Assembly: GCA_938023865.1 (NCBI GenBank) | Contig: CALJDG010000019.1 | Span: 852-64,851 of the forward strand | DNA: 64,000 nucleotides | Origin: an uncultured archaeon | GTDB lineage: Archaea > Thermoproteota > Bathyarchaeia > Bathyarchaeales > Bathycorpusculaceae | Direction: 5' to 3' | In this document: positions 54,587-62,662 of the stretch, piece after piece | Numbering within the stretch: the stretch's first letter is position 1 | Layout: each line of letters starts with the position of its first letter | The notes under the pieces: model-generated | The model's database searches: none | What the model saw: the letters and a program-made list of their open reading frames with translations, nothing else | What the model was told of the DNA's origin: nothing | Made by a program: the position numbers and the translations under genes

Positions 54587-56992
54587 TTAAGTCCCTCCAT
54601 CTCTTAAGAAAACCTTTTTGGCGTGTTCTATTTCTTCCCGGGTTATGCTCTTCACAATCTTTTGCATTTCATAAATCTTGGAGGCGAATCTTTCTCCTTC
54701 CGCTGCTGTAACCCATAACAGCTGAAGTCTTTCTTTGTTTAACTTGTTCTGTTCCATTTTCTTCCATAAGCGTTCCACACGTCTTTGGGTGTGATAGTTG
54801 GCGTTAATATAGTGGCAGTCTCCCGGGTGGCAGCCAGCCACAAGGACTGCGGCGGCGCCTCTTGCAAAGGCTCTTTCAACAAATTTTGGAGCAACCCTTC
54901 CCGAGCACATTATTCTAATTATTCGGACGTTTGGCGGATACTGCATCCTACTGACTCCGGCAAAATCTGCACCTGCATAGGCGCACCAATTGCAGCAGAA
55001 AGCGACAATTTTCTTGTCGGCATCATATTCCGTAACGGAGTCAATTTGAGCTATTATCTGCTCATCAGCGAAGTGGTTCTGGGTTAATGCATCGATTGGG
55101 CATTCTGCGGCACATGTTCCGCATCCTCCACAAGCGGCCTCAACAATTTCAACGCGCTTAAGCTCTTTGTTAAGAGTTATCGCGTTGTAGGGGCAAACCT
55201 TTGTGCAAAGTCCACAAGCCTTACATTTTTCCACATTCAAAATTGGCGTAATGGCCTCAACCGTGACTTTACCCTTAGCCATTAATATGCCAGCTCTGGC
55301 TGCAGCTGCGCTGGCTTGTGTTACGCTGTCCTTTATGTCTTTTGGAGCTTCAGCGCACCCGGCGAAAAATATGCCTCCCGTGGCGGCGTCCACTGGCCTA
55401 AGTTTTGGGTGGGCCTCCATGAAAAATCCGTCCTGTGTCCTCGAAAGAGTCAAAAGCCTCTGTATCACTTCGCTGTCTTTTCGCGGCTCAATCCCGACAG
55501 ATAGAACAACCATGTCAAAGTTCATTTTATAAGGCTCGTTCAAAAGCGTGTTTTCGCCTATGAGCCAGAGGTTCCGGGTCTTCTTGTCCTCAATTATTTT
55601 TGCCGGAAGCCCCCGGATGAATATTACGTCTTCCTTTTTAGCCCTCTTGTATAGGTCTTCAAAGCCCTTTCCATATGCACGAATATCAACATAAAAGACG
55701 TAGATTTCAGTTTGAGGCCAGTGCTCTTTGATGAGGAGGCTGTCCTTTATGGTGTTCATACAGCAAACATTGCTGCAGTAGGTTCGTCCAGTCCTATTGG
55801 AGCGGGAGCCAACACATTGTATGAAAGCCACACGCTTCGGAACCTTCATGTCGCTGGGCCTAATAAGCCGTCCTCCAGACGGACCGCCAGCATTAATTAG
55901 CCTTTCAAATTCCAGAGATGTAATCACATTAATATATTTGCCATAACCGTACTGGGGAAGCGCGGATGGGTCGAAAACGTCTGCTCCCGTCGCCACTATT
56001 ATCGTTCCTACTTCTAGTTCCACGGTTTCAGGTTTCATTGTGAAGTCTATGGCTTGCCTGTCGCAAGATTTAATGCATTTGTCGCATACTATTACGCCGT
56101 TTTTGTTTAGGCATAGGTTCATGTCAATTATGTAGGTTGATGGAACCGCTTGTGCAAACGGCGTGTAAATGGCGTGTCTCAGGGCTAAGCCAGCGTCAAA
56201 CTCGTTTGGCGCCATCAATGGACAAACTTTCGAGCACTCGCCACACGCCGAACAGTTTTCCTTCACATAACGCGGCTTTTTTAACACTTTTACTCGGAAG
56301 TTGCCGATATACCCCTTTACATCGATAACTTCACTGTTTGTTAATAGTTCAATGTTTGGGTGATGCCCCACATCAGACATTTTTGGGGCAAGAATGCATA
56401 TGGAACAGTCCATCGTTGGAAAAGTCTTATCTATTCTCGCCATCATCCCGCCGATGCTCGGTTCCTTCTCCACCAAATAAACCTTATGACCGGTGTCAGC
56501 AAGATCCAGTGCTGCTTGAATCCCTGCAACGCCGCCGCCAATTACAAGTGCCTTTCTTATAATCGGCACTTCAATTTCCTTGGCTGGCTTTAGTAATGCC
56601 GCCTTGGCCACAGCCATTTTCACAAGGTCTTTGGCTTTTTCAGTTGCCGCCTTCCTATCATGGAGGTGGACCCAACTGCACTGCTCCCGTATGTTAGCCA
56701 TCTCAAAAAGGTACTTGTTCAACCCAGCCTCTTCGCACACTTTTCGGAATGTGGGTTCGTGGAGGCGGGGGGAGCATGAAGCAACAACCACACGGTTAAG
56801 CCTGTACTCCTTAATATCACTCTTTATGAGCTCTTGCCCTTGGTCTGAACATGTATATCGGTAATCCCTCGCAAAAACAACGTTTGGAAGTGTGGAAGCG
56901 AACTCTGCGACCTCTTTACAATCAATAGAGCCCGCAATATTCAAACCGCAGTGACAAACATAAACCCCTATGCGTATTTCCTCTCTCGCCAT
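54587..56992 (-). CDS. hdrA: HdrA-like flavoprotein fused to a C-terminal MvhD domain
   Basis: N-terminal IGVYVCHCGLNIAG...VVVASCSPRLHE. FAD fold VIGGGVAGIQAALDLA. IQCVGSRS motif. Ferredoxin inserts CSACGECSKVCP, CKACGLCTKVCP and CGGCGTCAAECP. The C-terminal about 145 aa (FCCNWCAYAGADFAG...RIMCSGR...GCHPGDCHY) is MvhD-type. Confidence 0.85.
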   Translation of the reverse strand: MAREEIRIGVYVCHCGLNIAGSIDCKEVAEFASTLPNVVFARDYRYTCSDQGQELIKSDIKEYRLNRVVVASCSPRLHEPTFRKVCEEAGLNKYLFEMANIREQCSWVHLHDRKAATEKAKDLVKMAVAKAALLKPAKEIEVPIIRKALVIGGGVAGIQAALDLADTGHKVYLVEKEPSIGGMMARIDKTFPTMDCSICILAPKMSDVGHHPNIELLTNSEVIDVKGYIGNFRVKVLKKPRYVKENCSACGECSKVCPLMAPNEFDAGLALRHAIYTPFAQAVPSTYIIDMNLCLNKNGVIVCDKCIKSCDRQAIDFTMKPETVELEVGTIIVATGADVFDPSALPQYGYGKYINVITSLEFERLINAGGPSGGRLIRPSDMKVPKRVAFIQCVGSRSNRTGRTYCSNVCCMNTIKDSLLIKEHWPQTEIYVFYVDIRAYGKGFEDLYKRAKKEDVIFIRGLPAKIIEDKKTRNLWLIGENTLLNEPYKMNFDMVVLSVGIEPRKDSEVIQRLLTLSRTQDGFFMEAHPKLRPVDAATGGIFFAGCAEAPKDIKDSVTQASAAAARAGILMAKGKVTVEAITPILNVEKCKACGLCTKVCPYNAITLNKELKRVEIVEAACGGCGTCAAECPIDALTQNHFADEQIIAQIDSVTEYDADKKIVAFCCNWCAYAGADFAGVSRMQYPPNVRIIRIMCSGRVAPKFVERAFARGAAAVLVAGCHPGDCHYINANYHTQRRVERLWKKMEQNKLNKERLQLLWVTAAEGERFASKIYEMQKIVKSITREEIEHAKKVFLRDGGT

Positions 56993-57004
56993 TTTCCAAT
57001 CACC

Positions 57005-58441
57005 TTAGACCCAAGACTTTAAATAACAATCAATTGAAAATGCCGCAATCCTTCCAGCACATATAGCCTCAATTATTGAGGCTGGACCAGTCACAGCGTC
57101 CCCTCCGGCAAAAACACCCTCAAGGGTTGTCTCCATAGTTAACGGGTTAACACAAATTGTTCCGTCTTCATTCAATTCAATTTCCTTAGGCAGGAAATAG
57201 AGATCTGGGACTTCGCCTATCGCCAGAACCACCATGTCCGCCTCTTTAACAAACCCGGAACCTTCAATTGGGATTGGTTTTCTTCTTCCGGTCTCGTCTA
57301 ACTCGCCTAACTTCATCCGATCAAACTCAACAGCGGATACCCCTTTATTGTCACCCAAAATTCTCTTCGGAGAGACTAAGAACTCAATTTTTGCACCTTC
57401 ATCTTCTGCCTCTTTAACTTCCCATGGGTTTGCGGGCATCTCCTCCCTAGACCTTCGATAAAAAATAGTCGCCTCCTTAGCCCCGTGTTTGATGGCGGTT
57501 CTTGCGGAGTCAACTGCAACATTTCCACCGCCAATGATGGCAACACGTTTACCCCTAACATTCGGCTCTACTCCAGAGTTAAACATCCAGAGAAAGTCTA
57601 GCGCGTGCACAACCCCTTCTAGGTCAACGCCCACAATTTTCAAGTGCTGCCCTTTATTGGCACCGACACCAACGAAAGTGGCGTCATAGCCTAGATCCCC
57701 TAAATTGCTAAAATCGACATCTTTACCGACCACCACGCCAGTCTTTATTTTGACACCAAGGTCCTTCAACGCTTGTATGTCCATGTCTAAAAGTTCCCTT
57801 GGAAGACGATAAGTGGGCAAACACTTCCTTAACATGCCACCAGGTTCTTTCATAGCCTCAAAAATTGTAACTTCATAGTTTTTCAAAGTTAAATCATGAG
57901 CAACGGTGAGCCCTGCAGGTCCAGAACCTATAACTGCAACTTTCTTTTTTGCTGGTTCTGCCTTAATTTTCCTTTTTTTCTCCTGTACAAATTCATCCCT
58001 CATTTTTTCGGCCTTTTTTATGACTTTGCTTAAGTCTAATCCTGCACGCTCCGGATGAAAACAGGCACAAATCGTGACTAGGGGGATGGGGGATACTTTA
58101 ACAATTTTTTTGATAGCATTTTCAAATGCTTGCGTACGTCCAGCTTTGATTGCGAACTTTCTGGTGTAGAGGAATATTTCTGGCGGTTTTAATGCTTGAG
58201 GACAGTGTCTATAGCAGCGATAACACCAGGCACAGAGCCAAATCTCATCTAAAACAAAAGCTTCTTCGATGTTTAAAAAAATCTTTTCAAGGATATTTCT
58301 CGGGTTGTACTCCCCTTTTAGGAGTTCTGCCATGGGGCAGCTTGCCGTGCATATGCCGCATTCAAAGCAGAACTTAATTTTCTCTGTGTCTGGATATTCG
58401 GCGAGAACTTCTTTATAAGTTACAGTTTTTCCGGCGCTCAA
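57005..58441 (-). CDS. GltD/NfnB/SudA-like NAD(P)H-FAD oxidoreductase with N-terminal HdrC-like 2x[4Fe-4S] domain
   Basis: CFECGICTASCP and CAWCYRCYRHCP (two CX2CX2CX3CP). Next come VAVIGSGPAGLTVAHDL, EAMKEPGGMLR..P.YRLP and IIGGGNVAVDSART, with a C-terminal GGDAVTGPASIIEAI. TTG start lies 8 nt after GGAGG. Confidence 0.8.
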   Translation of the reverse strand: MSAGKTVTYKEVLAEYPDTEKIKFCFECGICTASCPMAELLKGEYNPRNILEKIFLNIEEAFVLDEIWLCAWCYRCYRHCPQALKPPEIFLYTRKFAIKAGRTQAFENAIKKIVKVSPIPLVTICACFHPERAGLDLSKVIKKAEKMRDEFVQEKKRKIKAEPAKKKVAVIGSGPAGLTVAHDLTLKNYEVTIFEAMKEPGGMLRKCLPTYRLPRELLDMDIQALKDLGVKIKTGVVVGKDVDFSNLGDLGYDATFVGVGANKGQHLKIVGVDLEGVVHALDFLWMFNSGVEPNVRGKRVAIIGGGNVAVDSARTAIKHGAKEATIFYRRSREEMPANPWEVKEAEDEGAKIEFLVSPKRILGDNKGVSAVEFDRMKLGELDETGRRKPIPIEGSGFVKEADMVVLAIGEVPDLYFLPKEIELNEDGTICVNPLTMETTLEGVFAGGDAVTGPASIIEAICAGRIAAFSIDCYLKSWV

Positions 58442-58481
58442 CTTAGCCGCCTCCTATTATTGGAAGGCTCATAAATATAAA

Positions 58482-58497
58482 CTTTACAAATGTAAAG
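58482..58497. promoter_or_regulatory. 16-bp palindrome CTTTACA-AA-TGTAAAG in the divergent promoter region
   Basis: Perfect 7-bp arms with a 2-nt spacer. It directly abuts the TATA-like TTTATATT (minus-strand reading of 58474-58481) upstream of the gltD-like/hdrA/OFOR operon. Confidence 0.3.
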
Positions 58498-58571
58498 GTT
58501 TTAAATCGTAGGCCAAACCTCTTTTATAGACATCACAACTAAATAAACCATATAGACTGAGGAGCGCCTCT

Positions 58572-59597
58572 ATGGAAGAGGTTAAAGTTGTTTTTTACGG
58601 AGTCGGCGCCGTCGGAAGTTTAATAGCAAAATCTCTTCTCGAGAAGAAAGGCGTAAAGATAGTTGGCGCAATCGACATTGCAAAGGACAAGGCGGGCAAG
58701 GATTTAGGCGAAGTTTTAGACTTAAACAAAGAACTGGGCATAATAGTTTCAAGCGACGTTGATTCTGTACTTTCAAAAACGAGGCCAGACATCGCCGTTC
58801 ACGCCACATCATCCTACCTTAAAGACACTTATCCTCAAATAGCCTCCATAATCAAACATAGTATCAATGTCGTATCAACATGCGAAGAGCTCTCATACCC
58901 TTACTACTCAGAGCCAAAAATCGCGAGAGAACTGGACATGCTGGCTAAAAAGCATGACGTAACAGTTTTGGGAACCGGAATAAACCCCGGCTTCTTAATG
59001 GATACTCTTGTAATAACTCTTACGGCGGCATGCCAAAGAATAGATAAAATCGAAGCTGTTAGGATTATGAATGCCGCAACGAGACGTTTACCCTTCCAGA
59101 AGAAGATAGGCGCAGGCTTAACTTCCGAGGAGTTCAAGCAAAAAATTGAAAAGGGAGAAATAACCGGGCATGTGGGGCTTAAACAGTCCATTGCAATGAT
59201 AGCAGACGCTTTAGCGTGGAAACTTGATGAAATAAGGGCTGATTCTGTTGAACCGGTAATAGCCAGAGAAACAGTAAAAAGTGACTTTATAAGGGTTGAA
59301 GCTGGAAAAGTTGCAGGTTTGAGGCAGACGGCGAAGGGCATGATGAAGGGCGAAGGGGTCATAATCCTAGATTTTCAAGCCTATATTGGGGCGAAAGAAG
59401 AGTATGACGCCGTAACAATCACAGGCGTTCCAACAATCAAGCAGAAAATTCAGCCATGCGTCCACGGGGACGCAGGCACGGTGGCAGTAATTGTAAACTC
59501 TATCCCAAAAGTGCTAAAGGCTCCGGCCGGCTTACTGACCATGAAAGATTTGCAAGTTCCCTCAGCTGCTGTTGAGGATGTGCGGAAATACCTATAA
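58572..59597 (+). CDS. NAD(P)-dependent oxidoreductase, DapB-N-terminal/amine dehydrogenase (2,4-diaminopentanoate dehydrogenase-like) family
   Basis: N-terminal Rossmann VVFYGVGAVGSLIAKSLLEKKGVKIVGAID. Length is about 340 aa. The GTGINPGF motif is typical of this family. Specificity is unknown. Confidence 0.5.
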   Translation: MEEVKVVFYGVGAVGSLIAKSLLEKKGVKIVGAIDIAKDKAGKDLGEVLDLNKELGIIVSSDVDSVLSKTRPDIAVHATSSYLKDTYPQIASIIKHSINVVSTCEELSYPYYSEPKIARELDMLAKKHDVTVLGTGINPGFLMDTLVITLTAACQRIDKIEAVRIMNAATRRLPFQKKIGAGLTSEEFKQKIEKGEITGHVGLKQSIAMIADALAWKLDEIRADSVEPVIARETVKSDFIRVEAGKVAGLRQTAKGMMKGEGVIILDFQAYIGAKEEYDAVTITGVPTIKQKIQPCVHGDAGTVAVIVNSIPKVLKAPAGLLTMKDLQVPSAAVEDVRKYL

Positions 59598-59624
59598 TTT
59601 TAATGCTTTTTAGGAAGTGTCAGT

Positions 59625-60398
59625 TTGAGGTTTCGTGTTGATATAAGCTGCGATTTAGGCGAAAGCTATGGGGCATTCAGAATTGGGAACGACGAGGAAA
59701 TAATGCCCTACATAACTTCTGCTAATGTTGCGTGTGGTTTTCACGCCGGCGATCCTTTAACAATGGTGAAGACGGTAGCTTTGGCAAAGAAGTATGAGGT
59801 CGCCGTGGGTGCTCATCCTGGATATCCAGATTTAATGGGTTTTGGAAGAAGGGAAATGCAACTGTCAAACGAGGAGGCAAAAAGCTACATCATTTACCAG
59901 GTTGGCGCGCTTCTCGGATTTGTCAAAGTTTTCGGCTTAAGTCTTCAACATGTAAAGCCTCACGGTGCGATGTATAATACGGCATTAAAGGATAGAGAGC
60001 TTTCCAAGGCTATAGCTGAAGCTGTCGCAGAGCTGGATAAGAACTTAATTGTTTTCGCACCGCCGAAATCCACAATGGCTGAGTTGGCTGCCAACGCTGG
60101 ATTACGGGTTGCCTACGAGTTTTTTGCGGACAGAGCCTATAACCCGGACGGAAGTCTAGTTTCAAGGAGGAAACCTGGCGCTGTGATTGAGGAGCCTGAA
60201 GAGGTTGTTAAGCGAGCCATACAAGCCATAAAGGAAGGCGTAATTGAAGCTTTTAGCGGTGAAGTCGTGAAGCTTGGACAAATTCACACAATTTGTGTTC
60301 ATGGCGACACGCCAAAAGCTGTGAAGTTAGCTGAAGCATTAAGAAAAGGGCTTGCTAAAGCTGGGATAGATGTTAAACCGGTAAGCCAATTTATCTAA
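59625..60398 (+). CDS. pxpA: 5-oxoprolinase subunit A (LamB/YcsF family)
   Basis: DISCDLGESYGAF, ANVACGFHAGDP and VKPHGAMYN motifs. TTG start. Confidence 0.9.
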   Translation: MRFRVDISCDLGESYGAFRIGNDEEIMPYITSANVACGFHAGDPLTMVKTVALAKKYEVAVGAHPGYPDLMGFGRREMQLSNEEAKSYIIYQVGALLGFVKVFGLSLQHVKPHGAMYNTALKDRELSKAIAEAVAELDKNLIVFAPPKSTMAELAANAGLRVAYEFFADRAYNPDGSLVSRRKPGAVIEEPEEVVKRAIQAIKEGVIEAFSGEVVKLGQIHTICVHGDTPKAVKLAEALRKGLAKAGIDVKPVSQFI

Positions 60399-61147
60399 TG
60401 ATGCCCATGAGAGGCTTGGTTTATCCCTCTGCGCGTTATCTTCCCTTTGGCGATCACGCCCTAATAGTTGAGTTTGGCGATGTGATTGATTTGGCGGTGA
60501 ACAGCAAAGTCATCGCCTTAAACGAGGCTCTTTTAAAAGCTGACATAAAAGGCGTTGAGGAACTCGTCCCTACCTATAGGTCGCTGCTTGTTCGTTATAA
60601 TCCAGCTGAAATAACTTATGAACAACTTGTGGCACGCGTTAATGAAATTGAAAAGATGCTGAAAGACAAGCCCGCAGAAATGGTGAGAAGAAAGCTTATT
60701 GTTCCAATCGTTTACGGAGGCGCTTATGGACCAGACTTGGGTTATGTGGCTCAGTATCACGGGTTAACAGAGGAACAAGTTGTTAAGTTTCACTCAGGAA
60801 GAGACTATAGGGTTTATATGATAGGCTTCGTCGCCGGCTTCCCATACTTAGGCGACGTTCCAGAAGAAATTGCAACACCACGTCTTGAAACTCCGCGTCT
60901 AAAAGTGCCAGCAGGCTCTGTTGGCATTGCAGAAAGACAGACGGGAATATATCCATGTGAAGCCCCTGGTGGATGGCGGATAATAGGTAGAACACCAATC
61001 AAGCTTTTTGATCCAAGACAGCAACCCCCAGCTCTACTAAAACCTGGGGACGTTGTTAAATTCCAACAGGTTTCGGAGGAGAATTACAAGAAAATTGAGG
61101 AACTTGTTAAGATGGACGCTTTCAAGCTACAATTTGAGGAACTGTAG
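60398..61147 (+). CDS. pxpB: 5-oxoprolinase subunit B (KipI / allophanate hydrolase subunit 1 family)
   Basis: YLPFGDHALIVEFGD, VPTYRSLLVRY, GFVAGFPYLG and GGWRIIGRTP motifs. TAATG overlap with pxpA. Confidence 0.85.
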   Translation: MMPMRGLVYPSARYLPFGDHALIVEFGDVIDLAVNSKVIALNEALLKADIKGVEELVPTYRSLLVRYNPAEITYEQLVARVNEIEKMLKDKPAEMVRRKLIVPIVYGGAYGPDLGYVAQYHGLTEEQVVKFHSGRDYRVYMIGFVAGFPYLGDVPEEIATPRLETPRLKVPAGSVGIAERQTGIYPCEAPGGWRIIGRTPIKLFDPRQQPPALLKPGDVVKFQQVSEENYKKIEELVKMDAFKLQFEEL

Positions 61148-61149
61148 GC

Positions 61150-62106
61150 ATGAAAGTTTTTCAAGTGTTAAAACATGGATTTTTTACAACAGTGCAAGAC
61201 TTGGGTAGATATGGCTACCTTAAATATGGAGTTGCGATTTCAGGTGCTATGGACTCGTTTTCAATGATTGTGGCAAATTTACTCGTTGGAAACAACCCTA
61301 ATGACGCATGTTTGGAAATAACCCTTATAGGACCAGAACTTCAGGCGTTGGCAGATACTCAGATTGCTGTAACTGGAGGGAAAACTTCGGTGAAAATCGA
61401 TGGTGAGGAGGCACCAATGTGGCAAACATTAACCGTGCGCAAGGGAGACGTTGTCTCCATTGAAAAGATCGAAAGCGGATGTAGATGTTATCTTTCCATT
61501 AGAGGAGGAATAAACACGCCCATAGTTCTTGGGAGCAGGTCAACTTATGTCCGTGGACGCTTTGGTGGAATAAATGGAAGACAACTAAAAGCTGGAGATA
61601 TAATTGAAGGTTTCAACGTCTCACCAGTTGATGTTGTCTTTAGAATGCCAGAAAATCTCGTGCCGCGTTTTATGGAAAGTTTCACCGTGCATGTTGTCTT
61701 GGGACCCCAAGCAGACATGTTCACTAAAAGAGGAATTGAGACTTTCCTTTTAAACCCTTATAAGGTTACAATAGATTCTGACCGCATGGGTTACCGCCTC
61801 GAAGGACCAGCGATACAGCATAAGGGAAAGGTTGACATAGTCTCGGACGCCCTCTTGCCTGGGACAATTCAAGTCCCAAAAGATGGAAAACCCATCATTA
61901 TCATGAGGGATGCCCAAACAACCGGAGGCTATCCAAAAATAGCAGCTGTAATAACTCCAGACTTGGATAGACTTGGGCAAGCCAAGCCAAATGATATCAT
62001 AAGGTTCTTGGAGATTACACTAGAAGATGCCCGTAAAAGGCTTTTAGAGTATCGAGAAATGCTCACTGGTTTGGCTGGAAAGTTAATGAAATCTCTTAAC
62101 CTTTAA
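61150..62106 (+). CDS. pxpC: 5-oxoprolinase subunit C (KipA / allophanate hydrolase subunit 2 family)
   Basis: TTVQDLGRYGYLKYGVAISGAMD, SDRMGYRLEG and DAQTTGGYPKIA motifs. Confidence 0.85.
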   Translation: MKVFQVLKHGFFTTVQDLGRYGYLKYGVAISGAMDSFSMIVANLLVGNNPNDACLEITLIGPELQALADTQIAVTGGKTSVKIDGEEAPMWQTLTVRKGDVVSIEKIESGCRCYLSIRGGINTPIVLGSRSTYVRGRFGGINGRQLKAGDIIEGFNVSPVDVVFRMPENLVPRFMESFTVHVVLGPQADMFTKRGIETFLLNPYKVTIDSDRMGYRLEGPAIQHKGKVDIVSDALLPGTIQVPKDGKPIIIMRDAQTTGGYPKIAAVITPDLDRLGQAKPNDIIRFLEITLEDARKRLLEYREMLTGLAGKLMKSLNL

Positions 62107-62125
62107 ATTAGCTTTCGACGCTTTA

Positions 62126-62596
62126 GTGCATGGTGTTCCAATGCCATTAAGATACATTCATGAAAAAGGCGCCCTATCAATTGGAGAATTAATTGAAAGA
62201 GTTAAAGGAGGTCCAAATTTTCAAAAGGCTGGAGCTATCGCCGTCTTTATTGGTGTTGTCCGTGGAGAGAATCCAAGGGGAGAAAAAGTTCAAAAATTGG
62301 AAATTGAAGCTTATAATGAAGGGGCTGATGAAGTGCTGTCGAAGATATGTCTAGACTTAAAAAGTGGAAAGGACATAGTTGACGTTCAAATACACCATTT
62401 TGTGGGCGAATTCGGAGTTGGCGAAGACCTTGTTTATGTCGTTGCTGCCGGTTCCCACAGAGAGGATGTTTTTCCAGTTTTGAGAGAGGCTGTTGAGCGG
62501 TATAAGAAGGAGGCCCCAATTTTCAAGAAGGAGTATGTAACCACTAAAGAGGGCCGCGAGAAGGCTTACTGGGTCGAGGAAGCTAAAGAAGAATAG
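62126..62596 (+). CDS. moaE: molybdopterin synthase catalytic subunit MoaE
   Basis: GAIAVFIGVVRGE, VQIHHFVGEFGVGEDLVYVVAAGSHRE and KKEAPIFKKE motifs. The start may be ATG 62141. Confidence 0.8.
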   Translation: MHGVPMPLRYIHEKGALSIGELIERVKGGPNFQKAGAIAVFIGVVRGENPRGEKVQKLEIEAYNEGADEVLSKICLDLKSGKDIVDVQIHHFVGEFGVGEDLVYVVAAGSHREDVFPVLREAVERYKKEAPIFKKEYVTTKEGREKAYWVEEAKEE

Positions 62597-62662
62597 TCAC
62601 TGGTTTTGCAAAGTGTTATTAAGTATTTCATAGAAGCTTATTGTTAAGGAGATGAATTTGGC

